Positions 61,476-64,000 of a stretch of DNA of 64,000 nucleotides are shown in pieces. The position numbers were made by a program, and so were the translations under genes. Every line of letters starts with the position of its first letter. Within the stretch, counting starts at the first letter, position 1. The stretch is from Macrostomum lignano (taxonomy: Eukaryota), in the NCBI GenBank assembly GCA_002269645.1, contig NIVC01002920.1:1-64000 (forward strand), given 5' to 3'. The notes below the pieces were generated by a model that saw only the letters and a program-made list of their open reading frames with translations, was not told the DNA's origin and ran no database searches.

Positions 61476-64000
61476 TCAGGGTACAAAGCGACGCAGAATC
61501 TGCCTGAACGGCTCCTCAGGATGGCCTCTACCAGCGGCCGAGAACCTTCCAGTCAGTCGAAGGACGCCGCTAGGCGTGAGTATCGTCGAGTCGCCGTGCA
61601 CCGCCTCTAGAAACGGTCGCTCCATCTCGTGTCCCAACTCTGTCGCTTTTAGATCGAATTCCTGACCGGATTTTACCGGCGGAGACACCTTCGGCGTCTT
61701 AGTCAACGAATTCAAGTTGTGAAGTCCTCGACGATTCAGTCTGTTGAAGGCGACACTGGCCACTTTTAAGTCGCCAGTGTCCAGAGCTTCGCGCAACTCG
61801 ACAGCATCGGCAGCCGCGGAAGTTGATAGGGCAGCTCCGCGCGAGGAATCCGCCATCTCGGCGGCCATAGCGGAGAGCGCATCAAATCGCTGCCGCTGAT
61901 GCTCCAGGGCATCGCGACAGTCGGCAAAGAGGCGACTCCACTGCTGCAGAGCCGACTGGCGCTGCTTGGCTGACTGGTTTGCCGACTCTGCCGCTCTAAT
62001 TAAAGTGCTGGACTCCTCCTGAAAGAAAATTTGACAAGTTGACATGTAGAACATGAACACTAATTGCAGCAATATCCGTTGTAAACCGTTGCTTTGTTAA
62101 AATTTGAGCGAAAAATGTTAGTTTTAGTTTTGGAACTTTAGTTTTATGTAATAATAATTAATTACCTCGTGCACCTGCCCAAATAGGCAGATGTGCAACC
62201 GACAGCTCAGCCGCAGCTATTGCGCGGCGCATCTGAAGGCTGCGTACGGCTGTTCAGTCCAAGGACTGGGGGGGGGGGGGGGTCGCCACACGCACCCTCA
62301 ATTACCCCAGCTAATGCTGGCACCCATTTTACAGCTGGGTGAACTGAAGCAATGCAGAGTTAAGTGCCTTGCTCAACGACACAAATTGTTCCGAGTGGGT
62401 TGAGAATCGAATCGAGGATCGACCTTTCAGTCGTGAGTTTCGACGCTGTAACCATTAGGCTACAACCCCTTTGTTGCAGTTTATTAATATTTGTTGTTAC
62501 TTTGGTAAAACAATAGGAATCGGAAATCCTATTATAGTTTAGAATTTATAGCTTTGCATACGAGTATAAGTAGCAAACTACGAGCATAAGGTATAAATAC
62601 GGTATTCCACCCAAATAATTTTTATTGTCAAAGCTGTCAATCAGTTATAATTGTGTTCCCCGTGTAAAGTCAACAGATCATCAAGTACTCCTAAAAAGAT
62701 ATGTAAAGTCAGCTTAATGAAAGCCAATCTTAGATTCATGAAAGGTCTAGAAATGGAGGATCAAGGCTGAAAGCATTGCAGCAAACCTGGGAGAAATCCG
62801 AATGACCATATTTTTTAAGGATTCAAAATGGTCTAGCGCTTATTAAGGTATTCAATCGCTGTTTATTAAAAAAGTGTTTGTTATGCTACTGATTGAGGGA
62901 AATACCAATGAAAGAAAACATACGGCTATTGATACGGATCGAACTGCTACAAACCGATGACTACTTCTACCGATTGATCTGTTACAAACCAATGACTACT
63001 TCTACCGATTGATCTGTTACAAACCAATGACTACTTCTACCGATTGATCTGCTACAAACCAATGACTACTTCTAGCGATTGATCTGCTACAAACCGATGA
63101 CTAATTCTACCGATTGATCTGCTACAAACCAATGACTACTTCTAGCGATTGATCTGCTACAAACCGATGACTAATTCTACCGATTGATCTGCTACAAACC
63201 GATGCCTACGTCTACCGATTGATCTGCTACAAACCAATGACTACTTCTAGCGATTGATCTGCTACAAACCGATGACTAATTCTACCGATTGATCTGCTAC
63301 AAAACAATGACTACTTCTACCGATTGATCTGCTACAAACCGATGACTACTTCTACCGATTGATCTGCTACAAACCGATGACTACTTCTACCGATTGATCT
63401 GCTACAAAACAATGACTACTTCTACCGATTGATCTGCTACAAACCGATGACTACTTCTACCGATTGATCTGCTACAAACCGATGACTACTTCTACCGATT
63501 GATCTGCTACAAAACAATGACTACTTCTACCGATTGATCTGCTACAAATCAATGACTACTTTTATCGATTGATCTGCTACAAACCGATGCCTACATCTAC
63601 CGATCGAGGACTACTAAATTTAAACAACTATAAAAGATTGAACGACCGTACAGCAATCATGCGCTTTCGTTAAACTAACTCTGAACGTTTTAACTTACGA
63701 AGTTACGATTATAACCCACCTTAAATCGCATCTGATCGTTAGCGTAATGCATCTCGCACAGGTTCCGATCGCAGTGCTCGCACCTGGCAAATACCTGCTG
63801 CAGACAGGCACAGTTACCGGCACCCTCTCGAGCGTCGCATTTCGCGTGATGAAGCCACTGCTCCCGCCGACGCCAGCTGTCTACCACGCCGCGGACGTGA
63901 GGATTCTCCAGCGGACGATCGACCAGACGCTCGCGACAAATCGGACAGCGGGCCACCTCGCCAGACGAGTGACATTTGGTTGCGATAGCCTGGTGACAGC
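61476..64000 (-). CDS. TRIM-like RING / B-box-like / coiled-coil protein, copy 7 (5' end beyond window)
   Basis: Exon 64000-63720 reads CHQAIATKCHSSGEVARCPIC...CEHCDRNLCEMHYANDQMRFK|gtgggt; exon 62018-61476 begins after tttctttcag with a helical segment. Confidence 0.75.
62149..62470 (-). mobile_element. SINE family A, copy 4 (intronic)
   Basis: High similarity to 37436-37709; head aggggttgtagcctaatgg on the minus strand. Confidence 0.8.
62945..63605 (+). repeat. 35-bp minisatellite (acaaaccgatgactacttctaccgattgatctgct), intronic
   Basis: About 19 tandem units. Confidence 0.95.

Overview
This is eukaryotic, intron-containing animal genomic DNA. GC-rich exons, short GT-AG introns and abundant minisatellites suggest a free-living flatworm such as Macrostomum, but that is inference. 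Four gene groups are present: (1) a spliced calmodulin-like EF-hand gene (330-3034); (2) a tandem cluster of intronless rhodopsin-class GPCRs (three intact, one frameshifted, one fragment; 5.0-17.8 kb); (3) three intronless secreted ~300-aa paralogues with a PAN/apple-like Cys module and an unidentified C-terminal domain (25.8-32.7 kb); (4) seven minus-strand TRIM-like RING/B-box-like/coiled-coil genes (19.8-64 kb) sharing a phase-0 intron after the B-box. The standout is the first TRIM-like gene: splicing to a downstream exon completes a C2-type domain, giving RING-Bbox-CC-C2, which is not a recognised TRIM class. Five sister copies stop just after the coiled coil with unrelated tails; the seventh has a longer, unidentified extension. 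Mobile DNA includes a Penelope-like remnant with a minimal hammerhead ribozyme, a Ty3/Gypsy pol fragment, an RTE LINE fragment, a possible Crypton fragment, two tRNA-derived SINE families (one CORE-like), hAT-type MITEs and many tandem arrays. Gene models were built by eye from splice consensus and protein patterns; no database searches were run.
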